Origin: Bugula neritina
Taxonomy: Eukaryota > Animalia > Bryozoa
Direction of reading: 5' to 3'
Length of the DNA stretch: 64,000 bases
Assembly (NCBI GenBank): GCA_964035545.1
Contig: OZ037768.1
Coordinates: 21,373,700 to 21,437,699, forward strand
Shown here piece by piece: positions 55,201-64,000 of this stretch (positions within the stretch are counted from its first letter, which is position 1; every line of letters begins with the position of its first letter). Under the pieces are notes generated by a model that saw only the letters and a list, made by a program, of their open reading frames with translations, made no database searches and was not told the DNA's origin. The translations under genes and the position numbers were made by a program.

Positions 55201-58200
55201 TTTTCATATCATTACAGGATGTTAATTAACATAGTTTTCCTTTCACTAATAAAAAACCCGCCTTATCTGAGATGTAGCTAAGGTACTGTAGCTAGACCCT
55301 TGTAAATATGTGTTGTGGCTAGTGCAAGCGAATTAATATGATATATATGTAATGTTTAGTAATCACAGTTAATGTATTGTAGGTATGGGAGGCACTAATC
55401 TTCAGACTATCTCTTTGGGTCAAGGTCAAGGGCCAATAGCGGAGCGTATGATCCTTCAGGTAGTTTATCAAAGAAATAGTACTTTTCATAATAATTTAAA
55501 CTATTTCAAATGACAAGTAACTTGTTGTATGTAAATTTATGTCAATATATTTTTGTAGGTGTGTTGATGTTATTTTACTATCTTTACTATCTATTTTATT
55601 CTGTCAAATGTCAGGCCATAGAGCTGGGAACGTGGGTAGTCCTGCAGAATTGTCACTTGGCCGCTTCCTGGCTCGGTGAACTGGAGAGAATCTGTGAGAC
55701 GGTCATAACCGACCCTGCCAAGACCAAGCCCGAGTTCCGTCTGTGGCTCACCAGTTACCCGTCTCCCGAGTTTCCTGTTACTGTTTTACAGAACGGAGTG
55801 AAGATGACTAATGAGCCTCCTAAAGGTGACCCAACTGTATAAGAGGATTATGATATGATAGTCATATATTGCCTCTAGTTCAATATAGAAGTGTTGTACC
55901 TTCACTATATGACCTATCTCTATAAGATTGCATATAATTCTTACTGTTAACTTACATCTAAACTACTATATACTTTATAGTCAGTATTTTGTTATACTTT
56001 GTGCTATTCTGCTTTATACTCTATAGTTTGTAGTATTCTGCTATATGACTGTGTGCTAATCTGATATATGACTATGTGCTAATCTACTATATACTCTGCT
56101 CTATGACTACGTGCTAACTTACTATATGCTCTGCTATAGGGCTGCGTGCTAACTTGCTACGGTCTTACCTAAATGATCCGATATCAGACCCGGAGTTCTT
56201 CGAAGGATGTAACAAACCTCACGTTTTCAAGAAGCTGCTCTTTGGTTTGTGTTTCTTCCACGCTCTTATCCAGGAGAGAAGAAAGTTCGGCCCTCTTGGA
56301 TGGAACATTCCGTATGAGTTTAATGAGTCTGACCTGAGAATCAGCACTCGCCAGCTGGAGGTAAGAAAATAAAGTCATACTGTGTGTACATTTTGTGTGT
56401 AGTGAACAAACTAGAGTTGTATTTGAGTGTTGAATAAATTTTGTCTTGCTGATGACTGAAATAAGGAAAGCTTATTTGTGTTCAAACATAGAACAGTATA
56501 ATTACGTGTTAGATTTTAGAATCTGCATCAGCCGTTGTATACTTGGTTATAAAGTGCTGTGAACTTTCCAGAACTTTGATTTAAGCCAAAATCATTTATA
56601 TATTTTTTTTTCATTGAGAGAATGTTGAGTGTACCGTAAGTCACTGTACTGTACATCAGAACCCTCTGTCTCCTTGTGATGTATCTGGTTGTGTGTTTCC
56701 TGTCAGATGTTCATCAACGAGTACGACGAGCCACCACTAACTGCCCTCACGTACCTCACCGGGCAGTGCAACTATGGCGGCCGCGTGACCGATGAGCGTG
56801 ACAGACGACTCATACTAAGCATTCTGGGTAAGTTGTGCTTTGCCTGACTAAACGTTGATAGTGCTTTCCTGTAGATTTTGTGTTTCCTGTTTATTTCTGT
56901 GTGTTGGTCAGTATAGTGGAATTTATATGGTTGTAAACCGAGTTGATCTTTTTTTTGTCTTATGCAAACATACGCTGTACTGTCATGACATACATTACTA
57001 TTAATATAACCATGATATATATTATGCTTACTATTATTTGCCATATGGTTGGTTACCTTGGTATTCTGTCATATTTACTGTTCCTGCCGACACCTCCGTA
57101 TTATATAGTGTGTACTGTACCAACACCTCGATGTTCTGTAGTATGTTGCACAGATGTGGCTGTGCACACTATAATGTGTACTATTTTTAGTGCTCTTTTA
57201 TTCACATGCTCTGAGTGTGATTTGCTCTTTCTTTCAGCCATATTCTACAACGAGCAGATTGTAGCCAGTGATGATTACAGATTCTCACAGAGCGGGGTGT
57301 ACTACGCCCCTCCTGAGGGTCCATGTGACAGCTACTTAGTCTACATTAGATCACTGCCCCAACTGCCACATCCCGAGGTAACTCGTCTCTCTCTACTGTT
57401 TCCTGTTTGTGTTGGTTAGATACGTCTGTTATTCTGGGTTCTGCTCATAAAACTCACACAAGGTTATAGTCACAATCCCTGTGAGAACCGATGGAAAGGG
57501 TTTTTGGAGCGGGCTAAAGACTTATTCATATGTAACACAGAAGCAATTATGATTGGATGCTCTTTCTAACATCACCAATGGCCTTTGTCGGGATTCGAAC
57601 CCATGACTTCGTGTTTACTAAGCCAACATTTAACCTTAGTGTGTGATTAGTTAACCTCCCTCTTATTTTGCTCACAATTTTGAAAATAAAAGTTGAGTTA
57701 TTCAACTTGGAAAGCTGACATTATGAGTTCAGACTATACTTCTTTTCTGCAGGTGTTTGGACTCCACGAGAATGCAGATATCTCTAAGGACCAGCATGAA
57801 ACACAGCAGCTCTTTAGTGGTATATTGCTCACACTTCCCCGACAGGTAACCATGGCAACATAACTTTCCTTAGCAACGGTTACTAACGATGCAAACCTTG
57901 TAGCATTAGTTCCCACAATAACTATGGTAATAACGATGTCATCCCATGTGAACCCATAGCATAGTGTATACAAGTTTATACTCCCCACTAATTTTTCAAC
58001 AATTCATTAACACTTTGTTATCTCACAGCACTCATAGTATAATGTGCAGATGAAAAGTTGCATGTATTTCAGGTTAGCATTTTCTTAGTGCTGTATTTAG
58101 TTCTGAGAAAGGAAAATCATTGTATATAACTGAGCCATAAGTTTTGAGATAGCTATATCACATGCAATATTGGCGTATGTTATTGCAAATATTGGAGAAG

Positions 58201-61200
58201 TTTTCGTTTATTGAATAATTAATACATTCTTTTATATTTTATAGCGATTCCGAAATCTCACTAGAGTATGATGTTCTAAAATTTCTTTTTTACTGTCATT
58301 TGCATGTAACACCTTTCTTCTAAATTATGCATGCTTTTTCTTTAGTTTACTTATATCAATAGTATTTTTACATTTTGCCTACAGCTCTGTTAGAGTTACG
58401 TTCTCTCACCAATCCTCTAACATAGTCTGTGTAGCAGTCCTTTAGTTTTATAACATAGCCTATTTACCAGTCTTTTGAAACAGCCTTCTAATGACTTTTT
58501 CTACAGACGACCATACAGAAAGGAAGCAGAATGAAGGTTGAAATATATTTCACTGTTAAAAAAATCTTCTTCGATTTTAATTGGCTTTTTCTGGCCAATG
58601 ATTTTATCTTTGTTGATTTTAAACTTCTTAGTGTGTTTCTTTAAAACTACAATTGTTTCTTATGTTTTAAAAATTTAAAAACTATTTAATAATTTAATTG
58701 CCGATTTTCTTCCGTTCCTAAAATCTCAGTTTGATTAAAATTCTTTACCCTCTCTGCCAGTTTATTTACCTAATTTACTTTTCGAAACGAATTGTATGAA
58801 AATACTGCTAGTTGATATTTTCTCATGACTTGCTCTTCTTTTTCTAATTTCCTTCCAGTCCGAGGTAACGTATGCCGCTGTTATTACCTGTTTAGTCACG
58901 TCACTAATATTTGTTGACTTATTCACTCAGCCTCCACTCTTATCACTGCTCTTTTATTTGATTGATTTATTTGGTTGAAGTGATATCAATTTTTGAAATG
59001 GTTTTTCAAATTTAGCACTGAAAGCAATTTACTAGCCATGAAAGTTTGGTGTATTGTGTTTGATATTGTTTATATGTTTGGTATTTGAGTGAATGGTTTA
59101 TTGGTTTGAATATAATTTGCTGTGTCAACTTTGGTAACATGTGCAGCAGATGAAAAAGTTCATTTCAAGTTAGCAGTCATTGTTGAAAAAAATCTATATG
59201 AAAGTTAATGAACCTAAATTTGAAAGATTCAAATATATAGTTTTGTTTAGAAATGTAATCGCTGCTGCAGTACCACGACTGTACGAATGCATTAATTGAT
59301 GTCTCCAATAATTCTTTATTGTAATAGACCGGTGGAAGTGGCAAGTCATCTCAAGAAGTCATTGATGAGTTGGCACAGGATATACTCTCTAAAATACCGT
59401 CTGCTTTCAATCTGGAGGAAGTAAAGGTTTGTGAACACTGCATGCAGTAACTCCTTGTCACTTAGTAGTAACTCTACTAACTATATTTGCTGACGTCTGC
59501 TTTATGAATCCGCATGTTCAGTCTCCGCTGTAAAGCATATTCTTATTCTGGTAACTTTGATCAATCAATTACAGTTATGCAATTCTATCTGAATAGTTAG
59601 TTTCATTAAATTTTCAGTCAAAAATCTCTCTCTCCCTCTCTGATTATGAATCAAGTTCTCTGTATTTGTTTCTTTGTGCATTCAGTTTCTCTGTATTTTG
59701 GGCATTTATGTGTCTGTGTGTGTATTACATACTAAGTTTCCTGTATTTCCTCATCACTGTAGGCTAAGTTCTTTTTATTCCCCGCTCACTTTAGGCTGCG
59801 TTCTCTATATTCTCCATCACTTTAGACCAAGTTCCCTGTGCTGTACGAAGAGTCAATGAACACTGTACTCATCCAAGAACTCATCAGATTCAACCGACTG
59901 ACTTCAGTGTTAAGAAGCAGTCTCCGAGACATACAGAAAGCTATCAAAGGTCTGGTGGTCATGTCCTCAGAACTGGAGGAGGTGTTTGACAGTATGATGA
60001 TAGGAAAGGTAACAGTGCAGTCTCTCTGCTTCTTTGAAATGAAACAATAAATAAGTAAAAAAAAACAAATAGTTTTGAATGTTTGTGTTTTTGGCCAATT
60101 TGTTAGTTTTGTTTTGTCTTTTCTTACATTTTGGTTGTGTTAATTCATTTACTATTTTAACTTCTTTGACAAAGACATAGTTTTGAATTTGTCGGTTTAT
60201 TAGAGATTAGAAATAAAAATAGTTATGAAAATCTTTTAAGTTGATATAATATACGTAATCATATATATAATATGATTATGTACAATACAGTCATAGGTTT
60301 GTGTCTACATCATTTGCAGCTACCTAGCCTGTGGGCCTCAAAGTCTTACCCGAGTCTGAAAGCTCTGGGTAGTTATGTTACAGATCTGGTGGCCAGACTT
60401 CAGTTTTTCAAGGTTAGTTGTTGGTACAAAGCAGCTCCATGCCTGGTGGTTTGTCTCCAGAACTTTTCTTGTGTAATGATTTCATCTGTAAACACTCTGG
60501 GTTCTATTGAGTCAAAATGTAATTTGATTTGAGCTGATTATTAATTACTACCTATTTGGGTGAAGTATAGAATTAACACACCAACAGTTTATATTCAAAC
60601 TATTATATGGGACTTCGTTTATTAGACCAACAATATTTTGGTTGAATTGAACAGGAATAGGTTAGAAAGACTGTGTATTGCAAAGGTAATTAAAAACTTT
60701 TCATGCTCATACTTATAGTTATAAATGAGACAATGCACTATTAATAACATAATATGAAATTCAGCTATACTTTGCAGATATTTAGTTGGCTTTTAGAATT
60801 ATAAGGAAAGAACTAGTAGTAAAGCTGTTAGAGTTGCCCCCCACTTTATAATGCTGCACTGAGCTGTAGCCAATTTCTTACCGCTGTAGGATTGGATCAT
60901 GTCGGGCACGGCTCCACCCATCTTCTGGATTTCAGGCTTCTATTTCACCCAATCATTTTTGACTGGCGTGGCTCAGAACTTTGCCAGGAAGTACAAAATA
61001 CCGATAGATCTACTCGGCTTCTCTTTTGAGGTTATGCCGCAGAATATGAACAAAAGTAGGAAACCGGTAAGAATTTTAGTTCTTTTTTTTCTAACTTTGG
61101 CAATAAAATACTAGCAGCAAACATTGGCTTACATGAAGTAGTTTATAGTACATGTAAATATTATTACTGAGTGAAGTTTCATTGTGTGTGATAATAATTA

Positions 61201-62911
61201 TTTGTAATATTGCTGCAAGTTTAATTTGTTTCCAAGAAAGTAGGTTTGTTTGGTAGCTAGATTTGATTGTTTAGCTCAAAAGCTAAGGTGTTAGGCTAAT
61301 GTCTTGAATTCATGTGAGGATGGGCATCCAATCAAAAAAATTTCCAGTAGCACTCTGAAGTCTTAAAGTTGTCAGTATGGTTTGAAGCAAAAGTAGTTAA
61401 TAGCCTTAAAAACAAGTCCATTCAAAAGTAGTTACTACAAACAAACACTAGCAGTAGTTTACTCTCAGTTTAAGTAGTATGATATGTGTTGTTATAGAAA
61501 AAACAGTTAGACTTTTCTGACTTGTCACTTGATGATCAATTACTATCTGAAGCAGTGAGTCGCACATTTGGCAGAGTTGCTGTTATTAGTTCTAATGAAT
61601 TTATCACAACATTTTATTTGCATGCTCTCTAGTTTATATCACTACACTTCCTTTGTCTAATTGAGTCTTTGATTTAGTGACTGAATATGCTTGGATTTTT
61701 AAGACATAATTTTGAATATGTTTTATTTATTAGCTAATTTCAAATATTGTTTCAGTGTTTTGAATTTTGTGGATACAGCAAAACTTAGTTATATGATTTG
61801 TTTTCAATTTTTAATTTATTTATTAGTAATTTATTTTGCATATTTATTATATAAATAATTATATTTTTAGCAAATTATTTTGGTATTTTTTCTATTTATG
61901 AAGAGTTTGAATTTTTTTCTTTGAGCAGCTGTTTGTTTCAACATAGCCTGGCCTCCTGTCTGTTGCAGAAAGATGGGGCGTACATATTGGGGCTGTTCAT
62001 GGAGGGCGCCCGCTGGGACAGGACTACTCAAGTTATTGAAGAATCTCAGCCTAAGATCCTATACGACTCAATGCCTGTAATATGGCTGAAGCCTGGCTGT
62101 AAGACAGACATAAGGCACGACAACTCCTACGAGTGTCCAGGTTAGCATTTTATTTATTTTCTTCGAGAGTTGTCTTCACTCTGCAGATCTGTATCTGAAA
62201 TAGTGTTTACTTTGTCACAATGTTATGGGCTTGCGTCGCCTGGGAAATTAAAGATGCAACTGGTTGTTGAAAGAAGTTGAAATGGTCCAGTAATCAGCAA
62301 TTTTTGGTTCCAAACTCCTATTTTCATGAGTCATGTTTTTCAAAATCTAATTAGTTTTGTAGGATTATTATTTGCTATTGATCGAATACTTCTTGAAAAC
62401 TGCTGATAACATTGTGACAAGATAAGACTGTGTGTGCTATTCAAAGCGACGCTATGCGTACCTATTTATGTTTATCATAATGTATCATTGTTTTGTCGGA
62501 CAGTTTGGAAAACATATGGGATTAAAACCTTTACTGCTGCAGCTTGATAAAAACTTTTTTGATATTTAACACTTTAACATCTGGGAAAGGGGGGACACTT
62601 GTAATATCAAATTATTTAGCTGAATTGGCTTAAGCTAGATAACAGGTGGGCCTGTAGAACTTTATCCACTGGGATTTCAACATATTATTTAGCTAATTAC
62701 TGTTTTAGCAGATGTTGAAGTGTAAACACATACAATACTGTTTATTGTGATATGATATCTTGTAGTATACAAAACAAGTGCTAGAAGAGGCACACTATCC
62801 ACCACTGGACATAGTACAAACTACGTATTGGAGATATACTTACCTACTAACAAACCCCCTACTCACTGGATTAACAGGGGTGTAGCGCTACTCTGTCAGC
62901 TTGATGACTAG
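8378..62911 (+). CDS. DNAH3: Axonemal inner-arm dynein heavy chain, DNAH3-like (76 coding exons traced; start-codon exon not identified)
   Basis: Phase-consistent exons: 8378-8479,12832-13000,13103-13196,13597-13644,14880-15031,15401-15520,16156-16357,17093-17231,17791-18026,18484-18679,19176-19382,19809-19944,20174-20291,20841-21045,21547-21625,22060-22184,22644-22774,23033-23228,23686-23880,25159-25347,25623-25724,26017-26145,26384-26482,27005-27144,27840-27998,28107-28335,28639-28930,29359-29666,29966-30109,30345-30462,31091-31257,31734-31877,32084-32248,32543-32677,33030-33169,33348-33527,33896-34144,34597-34730,35077-35224,35463-35610,37414-37652,37941-38090,38549-38768,39060-39173,39301-39474,39858-40010,40339-40570,40754-41139,41412-41566,41924-42065,42577-42759,43384-43542,43878-44147,44568-44723,45173-45373,45729-45879,48946-49100,49487-49690,50125-50310,50758-51000,51632-51792,52228-52399,52635-52757,53166-53343,55383-55459,55615-55825,56140-56360,56707-56827,57238-57377,57753-57845,59328-59426,59826-60008,60320-60412,60890-61066,61969-62140,62766-62911. 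Sum is 12,609 nt = 4203 codons including TAG. P-loops [33 protein letters not shown]; linker [16 protein letters not shown]; C-terminus [16 protein letters not shown]-terminal [25 protein letters not shown] resembles the vertebrate DNAH3 N-terminal motif as I recall it. Dynein heavy chain call is firm; orthology versus DNAH7/DNAH12 needs a phylogeny. Confidence 0.93.
9465..9600 (+). mobile_element. Degenerate, internally deleted copy of the SINE
   Basis: GGGTTCAAA...TTGGTGATGTGAAAAAGGGCATTCGGTCATA...AATAAGTCCTTAGCC...CCATCAGGG. Confidence 0.7.
10228..11751 (+). mobile_element. 5'-truncated non-LTR retrotransposon (CR1 group, Rex1/Babar-like) in dynein intron 8480-12831
   Basis: RT ORF, short 3'UTR, AATAAA at 11728-11733 and (AATC)5 tail at 11732-11751. 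ATCAAAAAC at 10172-10180 and 11749-11757 is a candidate TSD. No endonuclease domain present. Confidence 0.9.
10243..11619 (+). CDS. Reverse transcriptase (ORF2 C-terminal part) of the LINE; uninterrupted but 5'-truncated, so probably not autonomous
   Basis: [61 protein letters not shown] motifs; C-terminal PSGRYR...RDSF resembles Rex1/Babar ORF ends. Confidence 0.92.
   Translation: MEISEDAVLKQLKGLNSRKGAGPDGLIPKVLKICCYQLAPVFTKLFTFSIQSKTTPNSWKSAMIKPLPKVKNPELLKQYRPIALTSCICKMLERLIKHYIITHIPMDKYQFAYRTNRSTQDALLCLTTTVTSFIDKKASNYARCLFLDFSSAFNTISIPDLITQLTHLNSNVTEWIYSFLTNRVQRTVVDGITSNPIITNTGTPQGCCLSPLLFSIYTNRITSSQSNITVVKYADDTCIIGCIGKHSDLNIYFDEIKRISKQCDDLNLLLNPSKTQEMMFSTQRAKPHTPTLVLNETNIVLSEKVRYLGVLVDQNLRFHEHVQSVVTTVSRRMYIVKNFANHSSKPLANMLFKSFIMSRIAYCLPTIFTCIYASDKKAIRRILKDCSKLGIEYLNIDLHIQKLTKELAIKYIIDNDHFINNFLSQCPSGRYRTIKYRGAWGRDSFLRHLVNTLNELLF
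13217..13560. repeat. (ACT)n/(ACTGCT)n microsatellite
   Basis: Directly visible; intronic between exons 13196 and 13597. Confidence 0.97.
14019..14362. mobile_element. PIF/Harbinger (Tourist-like) MITE
   Basis: 71-bp terminal inverted repeats (14019-14089 / 14292-14362, 4 mismatches) starting GCCTAGGGCCACACTG; TAA on both sides (14016-14018, 14363-14365); non-coding. Confidence 0.9.
20566..20783 (-). mobile_element. tRNA-Thr(AGT)-derived SINE, best-preserved copy
   Basis: Minus strand: A box TGGTCTAGGGG, anticodon-like arm CTGCCTAGTAAACA, B box GGTTCGAGCCC, core TGATGTTAGGAAGAGCATCCAGTCATAA, T-run 3' end. 18-bp TSD with 1 mismatch (20548-20565 / 20784-20801). Confidence 0.88.
21645..22050. 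repeat. Degenerate (TATTA)n low-complexity tract
   Basis: Directly visible. Confidence 0.8.
22174..22328. repeat. 22-bp minisatellite (66-bp higher-order unit) spanning a splice donor
   Basis: TAGTCATCAAGGTATCAGTTTA variants x7. Confidence 0.92.
22345..22625. repeat. 16-20-bp minisatellite GTATAGCACAGTGTAT
   Basis: Directly visible. Confidence 0.95.
23461..23655 (+). mobile_element. Same SINE family copy
   Basis: GCCGTGGTCTAGGGGTTAG...GGTCATGGGTTCGA...TGATGTTAAGAAGAGCATCCAG...TAAGCCCGCTT. Confidence 0.85.
24388..25129. repeat. 20-bp minisatellite GTAGGGTATAGTAT(G/A)CTAGA
   Basis: About 37 units. Confidence 0.97.
25845..25998. repeat. 20-bp degenerate minisatellite TGAGTAGTACTGACAGTAAG
   Basis: Directly visible. 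Confidence 0.85.
29359..31877 (+). CDS. DNAH3: Dynein AAA1 exons (catalytic ATPase site)
   Basis: [73 protein letters not shown]. Confidence 0.97.
34362..34590. repeat. 46-bp tandem repeat x5, each unit with an RFX X-box-like motif
   Basis: Motif starts at 34374, 34420, 34466, 34517, 34563. Confidence 0.9.
35773..36187. mobile_element. Foldback/MITE-like element, near-palindromic over its whole length
   Basis: TCATTTTACTTAATTTAGTACACACTGGATATCTTCAGTTTT at left is the reverse complement of the right end; arms continue imperfectly for about 200 bp to a CG-rich centre near 35975-35995. No clear TSD. Confidence 0.8.
38091..38548 (+). other. Non-canonical GC-AG intron of the dynein gene
   Basis: CAG|GCAAGT donor required to join WIDHHYWFD to [11 protein letters not shown] in frame. 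Confidence 0.85.
41198..41252. repeat. (TA)n microsatellite
   Basis: Directly visible. Confidence 0.97.
42577..45373 (+). CDS. DNAH3: Dynein stalk coiled coil and microtubule-binding domain exons
   Basis: [15 protein letters not shown]...[13 protein letters not shown]...[13 protein letters not shown]...AAEGLCKWV...VVAPKK...[16 protein letters not shown]. Confidence 0.95.
42771..43360. repeat. 21-bp minisatellite GAGTATATATTACAGAGTAGA filling an intron
   Basis: About 28 units between exons ending 42759 and starting 43384. Confidence 0.97.
45477..45677 (+). mobile_element. Same SINE family copy
   Basis: GGTTAGAGCG...GTCATGGGTTTGATCCC...TGATGTTAGGAAGAGCATTCAGTCATAATTGCTCC...CACAGAGATAGCGACT. 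Confidence 0.83.
46612..46617 (-). terminator. Candidate polyadenylation signal of the nested antisense gene
   Basis: TTTATT on + (AATAAA on -), about 110 nt past the nested stop codon. Confidence 0.5.
46727..47895 (-). CDS. Nested antisense 3-exon gene; 193-aa uncharacterised, putatively membrane-anchored acidic protein
   Basis: Minus-strand exons 47895-47792 (104 nt), 47399-47251 (149 nt), 47055-46727 (329 nt) = 582 nt. Junctions GAG|GTGAGA...TTTTGTAG| and AAG|GTACGA...TTATTTCTAG|; phases 2 and 1 match; no internal stop. In-frame TAA 9 codons upstream of the ATG; AATAAA on the minus strand at 46617-46612. Confidence 0.85.
49121..49425. repeat. (ACT)n-type microsatellite
   Basis: Directly visible; intronic. 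Confidence 0.97.
53585..53785. repeat. (TAGTTAC)-based short tandem repeat
   Basis: Directly visible. Confidence 0.9.
57448..57638 (-). mobile_element. Same SINE family copy
   Basis: Aligns along its length with 20566-20770 (AACTCAC...CCCTGTGAGAA...GGATGCTCTTTCTAACATCACCAA...TTCGAACCCATGAC). Confidence 0.87.
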
Positions 62912-63157
62912 AACTATCTTCTCATGACACTCTAATCTAATGGAAATATCAGTGACTGAATGTTATAACTTTATAACTGTGATAATGTAAAGCTTTGCTC
63001 AATCTCTTTTACAAGTTCAACTCTCTATTTTGTACTCTTTTTTTCATCCGTCCACCGTCCCTGTATTTTCTATTCAATCTCTTATATATTATAGAACTTT
63101 GCATCTCTGTACTGCTAGCTTTGGTTAATCCTTGTAAATTACTTGCTCTATGGTAAT

Positions 63158-63163
63158 AATAAA
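63158..63163 (+). terminator. Candidate polyadenylation signal of the dynein gene
   Basis: AATAAA about 250 nt after the TAG, followed by T-rich sequence. Confidence 0.55.
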
Positions 63164-64000
63164 CTTTATTATTAGTCACATTCTGTTTTCTGTTATATAG
63201 TTTATATCTTTTACTTAAAAAACGGATTCATGGGTGATTTTTAACTGAAAATGTTGAGTTGTGTTCCCTTATTTGTGCTGAATTTCATTGATCTGATAAT
63301 GGCAACTGTTTCTACATATTTTAATGCATAAAGAGCTCAAAGTTTCAATATCATTGTGTCATGTAAAGTTACAAGAAAATATTCTACTTCTGATATCCTC
63401 TTCCTTGAAGCATTGAAACTATCTTGCTGGCAGAGTGATAAGTTTCAGGTTATGGTTTACTCTGCCTCACTAGAGCTGCAGTTAGTTAACTATCTAACTG
63501 CAGACCCTTCTTCCTATTGGACAATTTAATACTAAGAGCAAACCATCAAACTTCATTTTTATTCTCAATTTTTGCTCTCTTAATGGTTTTAGCAGAAAAC
63601 ATTTTGCCTGCTAATTCCAAATTAGGAATTCAAGTTGTTGATAAGGTTTTATCATTTCCTGAATGATATAACAGTAACTCTGATGACCCCTTGTACAGTG
63701 GTGCTGTCATATGATCCAACTTTATTTCTATTATTTTGATATGCAATATAACCGCATTCATGCTGACAGAAGCAGGAGGGTTGGAGCAGTGTCTCTACAC
63801 AACATATCTACTTAAAGTGTCTTTGCTTATATATCCTTTACCTGCTGCTCAGCCAGGGTGCAGACGTAAGTATCTTATAATGTGTACATCATGTGTTACA
63901 AGTTCAACTATAGTTACAGTCTTCTGTAATGTTCCTATTGTTGTAATTATTCGAAGTGAAAAGTTAAGTCTCAGAAGAACAGAAAATGTTAGCTATTTTA

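Noticed and set aside
63400-64000. Possible exon of a neighbouring gene (splice-like sites at 63840-63870)
   Set aside because: Frames tested on the minus strand contain stops; no supportable CDS.

Overview
AT-rich, intron-rich animal (invertebrate-like) genomic DNA; the species cannot be determined from the sequence. Most of the window is one + strand axonemal inner-arm dynein heavy chain gene, DNAH3-like. I traced 76 coding exons by hand from 8378 to the stop at 62909-62911 (12,609 nt, phase-consistent, about 4,200 aa); the ATG exon was not found. The introns hold a 5'-truncated Rex1/Babar-like LINE with an intact RT ORF, a tRNA-Thr-derived SINE family, a Harbinger-type MITE, a foldback element and many micro/minisatellites. 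A probable solo LTR lies upstream of the first traced exon. Most notable: (1) a complete 3-exon antisense gene nested in dynein intron 45880-48945, encoding a 193-aa protein with an N-terminal hydrophobic anchor, an acidic tail and a duplicated LFxxxWTHxF motif; (2) candidate in-frame alternative exons in the dynein AAA6/C-terminal region (6 nt, 30 nt and 102 nt); (3) intronic RFX X-box motifs, including a tandem array; (4) repeated tandem duplications that copy splice sites. All homology statements are from recall, not database searches.
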